Below the pieces are notes generated by a model, which searched no databases, was not told where the DNA came from, and saw only the letters and a list, made by a program, of their open reading frames with translations. Positions 51,687 through 64,000 of a stretch of 64,000 nt of DNA are shown in pieces. The stretch lies in the NCBI GenBank assembly GCA_965113315.1, contig OZ220363.1. One strand, 5' to 3'. The DNA is from Podarcis vaucheri (Eukaryota). The first letter of the stretch is position 1, and every line of letters begins with the position of its first letter. The position numbers and the translations under genes are program-made.

Positions 51687-53377
51687 CTGGGAGATGGGAC
51701 AAAGCAGGAAAGCCTGTTAGAATGCCAGCTTTAGAATACAACAAAGGTAGCAGGGTGTGTGTGTGTCAGTATCAGTATCCAGGAAGACTTGGATAAAGAA
51801 AAAAACATTGCAAGACACGAGTGTAACAAGGCCCACAGAGCCAAAATGTGCCAATACAGAGGAGCAGCTCTGCTCTACACCAGTCATGTTTGGCTGACAA
51901 AAAGTGACAGGTTTTTGTTTTTTAAAGAGCTGAAAGTCAATTGATTGAAGGATGGAACCTTATTAAATAAAAGACAGCCACTAGGTTCCTTAGATCTTAA
52001 ACAGGCAGCTACTGACTTGATTCTGTAGTTTAGTAGCCATTTTTTTTGTAAGGTAGCTTATTGTTAGGTGTTAATAAAAGGAACCTATGTGTTCTGATTA
52101 GTGCCAGTGTCACAACCAAACATCTGAAGGCATTTGGATTTCAGAAAGGAGAGAGGCCACCTGACTTTTAAAAAAGGATTTGTCACAAGTTCACTTAATG
52201 AGCCAGCAAAGAACTTCTTTTATCTCCCATCTTAAGCTGTGGTGGGTCATATGGTGATTTCCTACAGAGAAACCTTCAGCAGACACTGCAATGCAGTTTG
52301 AAAGGAGAGAGGAACTTCCGTCCGTATCTTTAAGTATTGGAGGGCTGTGGGAAAGTGGTGTGCATGTGTGAGCACAGAACAAGTGGCCGGCTTCACACTG
52401 GGTAGTCTCTCTCATGGGTGCAGGCTGCAGATGTCAGAAGGAATGACCATCTACTCAGCAGTGGTATTTTTGCAAAGCAATAGGATCCTGCAACACCCAC
52501 CTGCCAGCTCCTCCATCACCTCCCAGTGCTTAAAGATACTGGCATGAAGTTCTCTCCCTTCTCAATCACTACTTAGTGGCTGCTAAAGGTTTCATCCAGT
52601 GAACCACCTCAAGAGCTACAGCTGTTTTTAAGATTCTTCCATGATGTGATGTGCAGTTGCAGTGCAGTTTCCCCCAATGGTATACACATGCAAAAGCACA
52701 CAAAAAAACACCCTCCAAAAGCGGGTTCCCAAGGCTTCTATTGGTTTTTAAACAATGTTGTGGGGAAGAAATATGCCAGCCATGTGTCACATCTAGCTCA
52801 GCCTTTGCAGGGGCAATTTAAACAGCAGAGAGAGCTGTAATGTGGTCTCATTCAAGTGCTCATTACTAACCCAAGACTGCCTGCACAATATTTACCAGCA
52901 ATGTATTAGCACAGATAATTAAAGCCAAACCGTGCTTGTCAAAACAAACGAGCAGCAGCGCATTACAGAGTGCAGAACTGGTGTGTGTGTGTGCGACCTG
53001 TCTGGCCTGCTCACTTGCTAATGAATCAATTGAACATTTGTCAGCCGGAATGTCTCCCAAGTATAAATGCAAATCAGTGTGCCTAAGATGTGAATGTAAT
53101 TATTTTCTTATTGTGCAGCTGCTCAAAGATCCTTCCAGATCTTTATCACCAAAACAAAAGCACTGAAGACATGCTTAGGCAGAGACTCTGAATTTGGGAA
53201 TGCACTCATAACCCACCTCCAGAACTGCAGGGACCATCACTCTGTATTCTTTACCTATTCTTTGTCTCAGGTCCAATCCCTGGTTATTAGAACTGGGTTG
53301 AAGGCGACTGGATAGACCTCTTATTCCTGAGACACTGGGGAGCTGCTCTGTTCAGGAGATCCATCACTGAACTAGAA

Positions 53378-53513
53378 CAGGCTTCCTCAACCTTGGCCCT
53401 CCAGATATTTTATGCCTACAACTCCCATGATCCCTAGCTAGTAGGACCAGTGGTCAGGGATGATGGGAATTGTAGTCTCAAAACATCTGGAGGGCTGAGG
53501 TTGAGGAAGCCTG
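53378..53513. mobile_element. hAT-type MITE
   Basis: Long TIRs CAGGCTTCCTCAACCT / AGGTTGAGGAAGCCTG; flanks share CTAGAA. Confidence 0.8.
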
Positions 53514-56316
53514 GGCTAGAAGGACAAATTGCCTGACCATACATTTAAAGCAATCCCCTAAATAATAAATAAGATGCTGGGGATTATAACTCTTGTGAAG
53601 AGTAAACTACAGTTCCCAGGATCTTTCAGGCGTGAGTATCCTGTACATGTGCTTTAAATGTATGGTTTGGTAGCCAATTGACCTACCTTATTGGCGGTGT
53701 GTTTGCTAGGGACTGCCCAGCAGGGCCTTTTCAGAGGTGGCACCCTGGTTGTAGAATGGCCTCCCTATTGAAGTGTGCCTGTCTCCATCGTTATTAAGTT
53801 TCAGGAGGATTTTGAAAACATTCACTTTTATCCAGGCACTTCGTGCCTGAAGAGTACTGACCCTGGCAACTCCAAGATAATTGGGTGGAACTGCTTTTAG
53901 AATATTTTTTTACTGTAATTGTTTTTAGAATCTTTTCTTTCAGATTGTGCGTCTGTGTGCTGCCCTGGGGTCCTTGGGGAGGAAGGGCAGGATATAAATT
54001 TGATAAATCAAACCAATAAGTAATAATAAGGCGGCTTCTTACATTCTTTGTTTGGTAGTCAACTTTCGATCTCTCAGGGAGTCTGGAAAGATATAGGTGT
54101 GTTTCCCAACACCCAGCTATTTGGGAACAACCCTTTAAATCTATATCTCCTTTCAAAGTGTAGGTGGGTTAGTAGGAGTTTTTACTGTTAGACACCCTAA
54201 CAGTAAAACACCACCTGCCTTTTCACACCACCTGCCTTTTCACTTTTTAATATCCAGTGGGGGGGAGAGGGGGAGGAGCCCCCAAATATTGCTGTCACTT
54301 CCTGCAGATATTTTGACAAGGTATTGACCATGAATGGGTGGCCACAACAATTCAGAACCATAGCCATGATTAACTGAGAAAAGGGCACAGGTAAAAGATG
54401 TGGTGCCAAAGGCTGGGGAGGACCCTCAAATGGTGGCTCTCAAAGCTCAGGGTACAAGCTTCACCTGCCCACCTGACCTGATCTGCTGCTGCATCTACCA
54501 TTTGCCTGTGGCCAGAAGACTTTGTAAATCAATTATTTTGTAAGCAAAACAAAACTGCTTGCTGCCTTCTTCATTGCAATTGCCCTCACAGCACCTTGAG
54601 ATCTTGGGGGAAATTGCAACAAGTCCCAAACTGCTTCAAACAAGATTTCTGTGTGACACCTGAGGACAAAAGGCATGCATAGTGTATCATATCTGAACAG
54701 CGCATGGTGGCTCCCCACTCCCACTCCTTTAACATCTTGACACGGCAGCGAAAACGTTACTCAGGAGAAATTGATTCTGACTACAAATACTTTAAAGAGA
54801 TAAGCAGCCCATGAAGTTTAAGTATGACACTTGAGGCTTGGATTTCATATCAAAACTTATACTGACTCCCTAAAGAGATCTGAGGGGGACATTCATTAAT
54901 GAGATTTAGGTGCAAGATTAAAACTCAAATATTTTAAATGATTCTTTAGCTCTTTTTATTGGTTTTTATTGCTGCTTTATTGACTATTGCTGAAATATTT
55001 TGGAAGGCTTAATAAAAAGTATTAATAAGAAAAAGCAATTACTGATGGTGAAATTTAAAATTTTCATTGGGCTCTTCATATATTTGGTCAAATATTTGTC
55101 CATCTAGGCCAGCACTGTCTACCCTGACTGGCAGGGTCTCTCCGGGGTCTCAGTCAGAAGTCTTTCCTATTATCTGCAACTCATTCTTTTTACTGGAGAT
55201 TCCAGGCGTTGAACCTCAGAATTTCTGCATGAACTATGTGACTGAGCTATAATGACTCCTTCCCCAAACCATAGTTTCTTCCTAAGGAAGCCATTGGATC
55301 TGGGCTGGTTTGGAAGGCAATGAGGCTGAACTCTGGCTGATTTGGAGTACCCTGTTCATTACTGCTCTCTATTTCCCATTATTTTTTCCTTCATCTGCTA
55401 CCCTAAACCTTTGCTGGGATTCTTTTCAGTGCAGCTGGCCTCTCTGTTAATTTCAGCTCCACATATTTTGGAGGCCACTGAAAGGAAGTGATTAGTTTGG
55501 GTTGGGGTTGTAACTGGAGATCTTTGTTAAATGTCCTCCTCCTAAAAGAGCTGCAGAGCTCATAAAATTGTTTTTATGTCAGCAGATATATAAACTGCAC
55601 ACTTAGTTCAGACAGGGATATTCCTGAAGCTCTGGCCAAGTTGCGTCAAGATCGCTTTTTCCTCCCAGCACATAAACCGCCCCCAGAGATGGGACATTTT
55701 CTTGGCAGGTCCTTGATTATAAAGCTTTTTTCCCTTGCAAACAGCACCGCAGCTGTAGTTTCCTATCAATAGTTTTCATGGGAAGGCATCTCTGGGCCCT
55801 TTAAGGCCTCTGCGGCAGTGAGCAGAGCCTTGTGGAAACAATGATTGTAATCTCTGAACCAAGTTGATAACAGAGATCCTAGGTGCTGCTGGCAGAAACC
55901 GGTTTGGGCTCGGTTTGGGCGCTCCACCATAGAGGTAACATGCTGTGATTAGCATGACCAGTTGAAAAAGAAGAGAGAGGTCCTGCCCCTTTAAAAGTTG
56001 CGTAAAAGGTGGCATTTCAGCAGGTATCACTTGCATGGCAACTGTTAAAAGCGCAGGAGCCCCATCCTCTTTTGCAGCCCAACTCTGTTTCCAAGTTGTG
56101 CAGCATCCAAATAGATTGCTGCAATAGCCAAATCAGGTAAGCAAGGGTTAACATCTACTGCCTACCTGCAGTCATGGAACCAAAGAAAGCATGTTCCTGT
56201 TTCCAGCCACTGACCAGAGCCAGGTGGTGGCCTCATGAGTTTTCAAACACATGGTTAGTGGTAATATTCAAACCATGATTGGAAGCAGAGTTTGCAACCA
56301 TAGTTGCCAGGGTAAC

Positions 56317-56750
56317 CAGGGCCGGATTTAGGTTTGATGAGGCCCTAAGCTACTGAAGGTAATGGGGCCCTTTATATTTCCAGCTGTCCTTTGTCAACAA
56401 CAAATTATTGCTGTTTTTTGTGTTGAATATATGCTATATGGTAATTTATGGACCTAATAGGTATCTAAAGCCAGTTGTACATAACAAAATATGTATTTTA
56501 TCAAAGTAATTGTTGAACTGAAATACAATTAAGGAGAAGTATATTAACAGTGAAATACAATTAAGAAGTATATTAATAGTGAAATAATTATTAAGCTCTA
56601 ACTGTATGTAGGTTTTATTTTATTTGTTTCTTATCTTATATTTTGGAAATGTACATCCAGGTTTTTTTCCCCTTTACATTTTTTAGGGGCCCCCAAGAGA
56701 GTGGGGCCCTAAGCTATAGCTTGTTTAGCTTATACGTAAATCCAGCACTG
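56317..56750. mobile_element. hAT non-autonomous element
   Basis: CAGGGCCGGATTTA / TAAATCCAGCACTG termini; 8-bp TSD AGGGTAAC/AGGGCAAC. Confidence 0.8.
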
Positions 56751-57354
56751 AGGGCAACCATAATTTTCTGCCACTATTGCACCTGGAAATGAAGGGGGAA
56801 TCTGAAAGGGGAACTCTTGAGTCTGCAGTACATTCCCATCTTCCAAATGATGGTTTGGAGGATCAACGATATTGAATTAAAATAGTGTGGTTAGATGTCT
56901 TTTTTGTCCTTCTGGACAATGTAACGCAAACAGCAGAAGTTTGATTATACTTTTTTTAAAAAAAATGTTGGCTTTTATATTTTCTCTGAACCCAGGACAT
57001 TCTGGAAAGATTTGGGAAACTCCATTCCAAGCATCCTTTAACTTGCAAACATTTTAAAAATTCCAGGAGGAAGTAATGGCTTAAATCATCCCCCCCTGGT
57101 TTGTCCTAGTTGGACCATGACAGGAAGCAGACTGTTGATATGGAAGCCTGGTAGAGCTTTTGGTCATAACACAAACACACATGGGGAAAAATTGAAAAAA
57201 GTGTGAATGGACCACCACTAATATAACACAACAGACAAAACTCCCAGATTATGTCAAACACAATACTTTTCATATGTTCACTTGCATAGCATCTAGTGTA
57301 GAGTATTCAAAAGCACAGCCTAATCAGGCAATGTATGCATGTCTGGTACCTTAC

Positions 57355-57456
57355 CATACCAACACCCACTCCGCAGAAGACAAGGACGCACAACATGAGC
57401 AGAGTCCACTCGGAATAACGACTTGTCAATCTCCCAATTACTAGGCCCTGGACGAC
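57355..57456 (-). CDS. SLC22A18: SLC22A18 internal coding exon (102 nt); upstream exons presumed to lie beyond the window end
   Basis: VVQGLVIGRLTSRYSEWTLLMLCVLVFCGVGVGM resembles the MFS loop of SLC22A18 (VTQGLVIGQLSSHFSE..., from recall). Acceptor CCCTAG|, donor ATG|GTAAGG, phase 0/0. Confidence 0.92.
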
Positions 57457-58722
57457 CTAGGGAAAGAGAGGGCAGAGACATAGACAACGTTAAATTCTCA
57501 GATGCTTCTAGCCCAGAGTGAATGTTTGTTTCTGTACACTAAGAAGGCCCAGAAACTCTGTGTTGTATCTGTGAGTGTCATCTGTCAGAACAGACTGCTG
57601 GACTAGCTGGGTCATTGGCTTGAGCAAGCAGGCTTGATTTTCTTAAGTTCATGTGCATGTCTATAGGCACATGAAACAGCTCTACGCTGCAGATCAATGT
57701 GTATGGCCCTGAACACAGCCTGGATAGAGACCACCTGGGATCACTTTGAAGGAAGAGCAAGCTTGCAAACGTAGGAAAAGAGGAAATGAGATGGTGCAAC
57801 CTAATCCTGAAAATAGTTCTTAAATGCACAGATCTCCTGGGAGGTTCTTCCTCTAGGTGTGCCATTTCACTGTATGAATAATTATAGGGTTTGGGGTTTA
57901 ATTATATTTCCCCCACCCTGCCCTAAGGGATGGCTCCCAAGTTCCCTAGACATACTTTCTAATAAACTCAGTTCCACATTGACACTATGCCAATTCAGAG
58001 GGGAGAAGTTCTTGTTCATCAAGCCTTATAGCTGGGGCCATGGGAAACTTTCTGGTTTGTGTGGCCACTTGAGCTTTATTGCAGTTGGTACATGGACCTG
58101 AGTCACATGAGTGTCGCAGGTCCCCGGAACTCTTTAGTAAGTTCATTTGTGACTGGTGGGAGACGCAGCTCCCATCTTGTCTGCCCGCATCATTCCATGA
58201 GTATTCATATTTTTGTCAAATTTCATTAGTTTTGAAATGAAAAATAAATCCTTGCAGGTTGTGCACTCATCTACTACAAAACATCCAGGCTTATCCAATT
58301 ATCCTCTTTTAAAACAACCACCACCACAGCAAAACTACAGGAAAACTGTAGCAAACCACAGCAGGCCTAGCCACATACGTCAATGCCTCGATACTGAATA
58401 ATTCTTTGTTGTTGAAAGTGTAACAGCAGGGATCATTCAATTTGTAACAGAAAGGGTTAATTTTAGTTCCAGTGTCAGTCAACTATCCAAGGGAGTGGTG
58501 ATGGTGTTGCTAAGCAACCATTTAGATTGGCATGATCTTCACTGAGGTAACATGTGTGCTGATTGGCTGCGGAGTTCTGAGGGAGCTTTTCTCTGCATGC
58601 TTTAGATGGATACTTAACTCTGTTCTTATCAAGGCTTAACCTAAAAGACAAAACCTCACTGTTCTTTTCTTTTCAAATTATATATTGTTTTTGTTCAGTT
58701 TGTTCAGAAACTGTTATCAGTA

Positions 58723-58885
58723 CAGTGGTACCTCCGGTTACGAATGGGATCCGTTCTGGAGGCCTGGCCGTATCCTGAAAATTTCGTAACCGGAGGAGCG
58801 CTTCTGCACATGCACGAGCGGCAAACTCACTTCCACAACCCAAAGATTACGTTACCTGAAGGTAACGTAACCCGGGGGTCCACTG
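58723..58885. mobile_element. Tc1/mariner MITE, inserted into a probable old LTR (about 58443-59055)
   Basis: TA|CAGTGGTACCTCC...CCACTG|TA; the host is bounded by TGTAACA...TGTTACA. Confidence 0.7.
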
Positions 58886-61169
58886 TATTTCTCTTCTTTC
58901 TAGCTTCCATCTGTGGTTACCTTTATGCATATATGTGTACATAAATTGTCAGTGGGCTGTGCATTCTTCCTTCTCCCCCTTCCTTTGGTAAACAAAAGGA
59001 AGAACAGGAACAACAACAAAAGAAATGCTCAGTGATGTTCTGTAATTGTGTTACAGTTTTATCATAATTACAGACAAGCTGCACAGCTGTAGCAAATCAA
59101 TTCCTCTCCTTCACCAGTCATAACAAGATACTGCACTGAAAAGGAGGGTGCAGAAGTATCAGTAATAAGAGCTCATGTACAGCTGAACGACTGAGCAGGA
59201 AAGGACAAGAGCAATTCAAACTGCCTGAGGCTGTGCCCCTATGCAAGGAAGAGGAGGAAAGTGGCCCAAATGGTCATGTCATGCACTGAAAATTTTCCAA
59301 CACAGAGGTAATCTGCTCAATACAATTGCAGAAACAGGAACACTTCAAACAACATTCTTTGTCCAGCAAAGATATTATCTCCAAGTCCAAAAAAAAACCC
59401 ACACAAAAAAAGAAATAGTTGATGTGGGAAACAGCCATGGGGCTCTGGTCTGGACAAATGGCTAGCAAATAAGGAAAATGGAGCACTGGGCCATGGACAT
59501 CATTTCCTAATCATTGCCCAGTCAGGGTGGCTGTGGTTATGGGTGGATCAGCTTCAGACAGTGTGATAGGGGAGAAGAGGCTGTGAAGCAGATATGAGAG
59601 CACAGATGATGAAGGGCTGTCCTTTTTTTGCTAGTTCTGATCTCAGATCAGAACTGAAGCTCCTGATGAGAGTTAGCTGTGGCAGGGGGGCTTATGGCAG
59701 AGTCCAGAATATATACATGTCCAGAGTGCATACATGGGTATGTAAAATGAAAGTCGTCATAGCGATCCATAGTTAAAAGTAGATGTCGACAAATATGTCC
59801 TCTTTTGTGCTCCTTAAAATACGGCAACCCTATGTGACCTAACTTATTCCAGAGGAGAATCAAGGTTTCCATTGCTGCATTTCACTTAATTGCATCAGAG
59901 CTATGATGCATATGTGTGACACATTATAACGGGGGTGGGGGAAGAATGACCTATTAATGTGTCAGTGCTTAAGTGTCAGTACCACACATGCCTGCCTGTA
60001 TCACTGTAGCAATGCTCATGGTAAGAGGAAAGTGGGAAAATTCCAAGAAAATTCCAAGAACCTTTTATTTGGGCAGGGTCCTTGTGCCTTTAACAACTGC
60101 CCGACAGGCAAGAGATTCAGCAGGTGAAGACATGTAAACGTCCTAATAAGCTTATAGTTTACTTTGCTACCACATGGTCCTAAAAGCGGTTTACAAAACT
60201 GTAAAATAAATCATAAATACACCCAAACTGAACACATAAAATTCAGTTCCCCATTGGTGTATCTCATACCAGCAATATACTTGATCCATTGAATTCTGCT
60301 TGGTACACCTCTGTTAAAGCCATAGAATCCTGGCCAAAATTAGGTAGCAACACGATCTACCATCGACCACGAACAGTCACAGTCTCCTCTTCAGGAAGAC
60401 AAATGGTGAACTTCCTCGCCCTCCTGTCTAGCCTTCACGTGTGAAAAGGAACTCATTAATCGAAAGGATTGAGCAAACTCCCATTTTCACAACAGCTCAA
60501 AGGGAACTGGGTGTTGAGCTCTCAAACAGATTACAGGTTCTTATTCACATGGCTTGACAGTAGCTGGGAAAAGGAAGGGAAAGAGGTGAGAGTGTGACAG
60601 AGGACTGCAGAATAATTGCCATGTTAACACCCAAGCTTTGGCCTTTGGTCATTTCAGCTTTAATTCTATGGCATTATATAGGGTGATACAGAATAATGGC
60701 CGTTCAAATCAGGCTCTGCATGTTCTCATGCAACCTCAGGCTTCAAGCCATCATTAGCACAACATTACAAGTAATTTGCGGCTCCTTGCCATGGAGGATG
60801 CATGAGCAGCATCACAGCTTCATGCTATCAAACACCTCCTTAAAAGTGAACCTCACTAGAATTTTGCACATTTCCACACCAGAAGGCGAGACCTCAAAGC
60901 GCTGCTGTGAAGGCTAGCTCCCACTGGAATGAATGAACAAGTCACATGAATCATACCTGCTCATCCACCAGGTATTGCATGAAGGGGTGGAGGTTACGCC
61001 AGGCTCCAAGTGTTTTATGAGCTCGGTGTCACTGACTCAGCAATGGTATATTTCACAGACAGAGGATTAGATATTCTGTGTTACCCAGACTTTCCTCTAT
61101 GATCTGTACGAGGAAGACAACAGTGGAGTCTTTTTGGACTTCAGTGAACCTATCTTTGGGTTAAATTCA

Positions 61170-61485
61170 GTACTTTTCTGAGTACAATTCAAAGCGTTGG
61201 TGCTGACCTTTAAAGCCCTAAATGGCCTCAGCCCAGTATACCTGAAGGAGCATCTCCACCCCCATCGTTCAGCCCGGACACTGAGGTCCAGCGCTGAGGG
61301 CCTTCTGGCGATTCCCTTGCTGTGAGAAGCCAAGTTACAGGGAACCAGGCAGAGGGCCTTCTCAGTAGTGGCACCCGCCCTGCGGAACGCCCTTCCATCA
61401 GGTGTCAAGGAAATAAACAACTATTGGACTTTTAGAAGACATGTGAAGGCAGCCCTGTTTAGAGAAGTTTTTAATGACTGATGTC
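61170..61485 (+). mobile_element. L2 LINE 3' fragment
   Basis: QFKALVLTFKALNGLSPVYLKE...TRQRAFSVVAPAL, the L2 ORF2 C-terminus; followed by (CTT)n at 61486-61528. Confidence 0.8.
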
Positions 61486-61627
61486 CTTCTTCTTCTTCTT
61501 CTTCTTCTTCTTCTTCTTCTTCTTCTTCCCTGAGCCATAGCTCAATGGTGCAACATCTGCTTTACATCCAGAAGTTACAAGGTGAAATCCCCAGTGTTAC
61601 TGGACTGCAAACATCTCCTGTCTGAAA

Positions 61628-61969
61628 CAGGGACGCGGACTTATAAAAAATATTGGGGGGCCCCGGGAAAGCTCATGAATAATAAATAAGCTCATGAATA
61701 TGCAAATAAAGTGGCGCCACCTCCTCGTGAGCGAATAGGGGAGAGCGTGCTGCGCCTATTAATCAGCTCCGAAGGAAATTGGGTGGAGCTTTTGCTCGGG
61801 AGGGAGGGCAGGAGGCATGCAGCCCGACCCTGTGCATTTTGGGCTGGGGGAGGGGTGGCTGTGGCGCTCTGCTGGAGGGGTGCCGGAGATTATTGGGGGG
61901 CGGAGCCCCCCCAAATGAATTTTTGAGGGGGCTCGGGCCCCCTCAAGCCCCATGGAGTCGGCGCCTATG
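61628..61969. mobile_element. hAT non-autonomous element nested in a SINE
   Basis: Perfect 8-bp TSD GTCTGAAA (61620-61627, 61970-61977); imperfect TIRs CAGGGACGCGGACT / AGTCGGCGCCTATG. Confidence 0.8.
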
Positions 61970-64000
61970 GTCTGAAACCCTGGAGAGCTGCTGCCAGCAA
62001 GTTTAGATGGACCAATGGTCTGATTCAGTAATAAGGCAGCTTTGGATGTTTCTATGGAAGGCAAGCTCACCCAATGGATCATTCCTTTCCTCTCCAGTCC
62101 CCCTTTACCCTTTGAAAAGTCTCTCCGGAGGATCATAGAAATATAGAGTTGGAAGGGACCCCAAGGGTCAAATCTAAGCCAGGATCTGGGGGACCTACCA
62201 AACATTGTGGGCTGTATCATATGAGGCTGCAGGGGGACACAGGAGGAATTAACCAAACTCAGAAATTTATGCTCTACTGATGCAAGATTCCTCTACCCTG
62301 TTTTGGGTAATTCCTTCCACCCACTGCAGTCTCATATGACAAAGCCCGCAATGTTTGGTAGGGTCCCCAGACTCTCTGGAGAGACTTTTAGGGGGCAGGG
62401 GTACATGGGGCTACAGGGGAAAGGAAAAGAAGGGGAAGATTCATTGTGAGAGCTTGCCTTCTGCTCATACAACCCAAAAGGCTCCTTGGGGACTCAACTG
62501 TTGAGATTTTCTGCTAGTGAGCTTTAGCTATTTCCTGTTGAGAGATGATGTTGGGAGTTTTCTGTTAGTAATCTTTCGATTTCCTGTTTTATATGGCCCC
62601 TTCTTGTTCATTACACTTTGGGGATTAATGTTCTGGAAAAGTAGTATAGAAATGTAACTGGTAAGAATTAACCCCGCAGAAAATAAAAAAATAAAGGCTG
62701 CATTCTGATGCATTGACAGAGGAGTGGGTTCAGGTAATGTGGCTCTCTAGGGTGACTTGTTTCCTCCTGCCTTCCCTACTTAAATACCATGCATGCATCC
62801 TCTGAACTGAATGCTGAATGCCTCTTCCTCTATGCTTCTGATGGCCTGCCTGTCCAATTTGTGAAACCATCATGCATATTTACTTGATCAAACTTTTATT
62901 TAGACCTTAATATAGGGGGAAAGTGTTGTTGTTTTACAGTAGAAAAATTGTTCTAAGAATGGGGAGGCAATTTTATAATTGACACAAGGACCACCAACTC
63001 AGTGGGTTTCCCTCAAGCTCAATACAGGAGAGAGGACTGTACTTCTGCTCCAAACTTGCCGAGTGGTCTTCCATTTGCAGACTTGCTACAAAAATTATGA
63101 AAATCTGGATGCGTCCAAAAAGACCTTGCCAAATTGAAAACAGGATTTCACCGGTTTATTGTAAGAGATATTGGCACCTTATGCAGTAATTCATTTTGTT
63201 TCTAAGTTGTAAATATCAGCAATAATGAGAGAATACACAAAAGATCTCCTGAGTGGGAAGAGGAAAAAAGAAGAAAACTGGGGAATGAAAAATATTGTAC
63301 CACAAGGGGAGGAAGTATGACAATTGTGCAGACTCTGGGTGTTCAGAGGAGACTGCGAGCAGTGCTGTGGGGCAGCTACTGCCTATGGGACACCTTAAGG
63401 ATGGGCAACTTGTGGCCCTCCTAGTGTTGTTGGATTCCAACTCCCAGTAAGCATGCCTAATAGTAAAGGATGATGGGAACTGTAGTCCAAGGCACCTGGA
63501 GAGCATGAGCTTGCAGAAGGCTGGTAAAGATATACATGCTCACTTATTGGGCCCTGTCTTCATTTCTGTCCAAATAAATCTTGCAGAGAAATCTCTGAAG
63601 GAGACATTCATGCAAACATTCTCACACTTGTACTTTGCCACCTAAGTAGTGTGTGAACACTGTATCCCAAACAGTATCTTTTCCCATAGTTCTCAACTTT
63701 TCCAGGCTCTGGCAAGAGCTGCCATTAACCTCACCTCCTACATGGGACCCACTTTTCACTATTTAGAATGGATTGTACCAATGAACTTGTCCTGTCCGCA
63801 CAAGGGCTTCCGCTTACGTGATGGAACATCCCCACCCTCTCTTCTCCCCGTGCCCCTAAATCTGTTTAAGGGTTTTCGCCAATCCTCTGGAGCAAATTTG
63901 GAGAAGGAGTGTGGAGTGTGTGAGTAAAGGAGAGAGAGAAGGCATGTTGCACAAGTAGAAGTTTTTGCAGGAATAGAAAAACTTTGTTGGATACAGCCCA

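Noticed and set aside
63178-63290. Strong minus-strand acceptor as a candidate next SLC22A18 exon
   Set aside because: All three frames stop within about 60 nt and none convincingly matches the expected ...FSIISMDFFQLEA...LQM exon, which probably lies outside the window.
1-64000. Prokaryotic-type systems (CRISPR arrays, operons), rRNA, NAP1L4 or CDKN1C exons
   Set aside because: None seen. The sequence is vertebrate intergenic/intronic DNA and the neighbouring genes appear to fall outside the window.

Overview
Eukaryotic genomic DNA from a squamate reptile, probably a lacertid lizard, judged from Sauria/Squam SINEs, RTE-BovB, CR1, L2, L1 and TA-target mariner-type MITEs. It is the region orthologous to the mammalian KCNQ1/CDKN1C imprinted domain. 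The last three coding exons of SLC22A18 lie on the minus strand (47.2-57.5 kb), tail-to-tail with a complete two-exon PHLDA2 gene on the plus strand (CDS 41746-42177). The unexpected feature is a second complete, intron-containing PHLDA2 gene on the minus strand (CDS 6929-7357), about 34 kb away and divergently oriented. The two copies are almost identical over a sharply bounded ~580-bp tract covering the proximal 5'UTR and CDS (2 substitutions plus 3 short repeat-unit indels; 142 of 143 codons end in G/C). Their promoters, introns and non-coding second exons are only distantly alignable. This pattern points to an old inverted duplication kept identical at the protein level by gene conversion. 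Each copy also has an upstream paralogous ~120-bp non-coding element with TEAD/E-box/AP-1-type motifs, and each keeps a conserved AU-rich 3'UTR block. The rest of the window is TE-rich intergenic and intronic DNA. All alignments and identities were made by eye, and repeat family names are assigned by recognition, not by database search.
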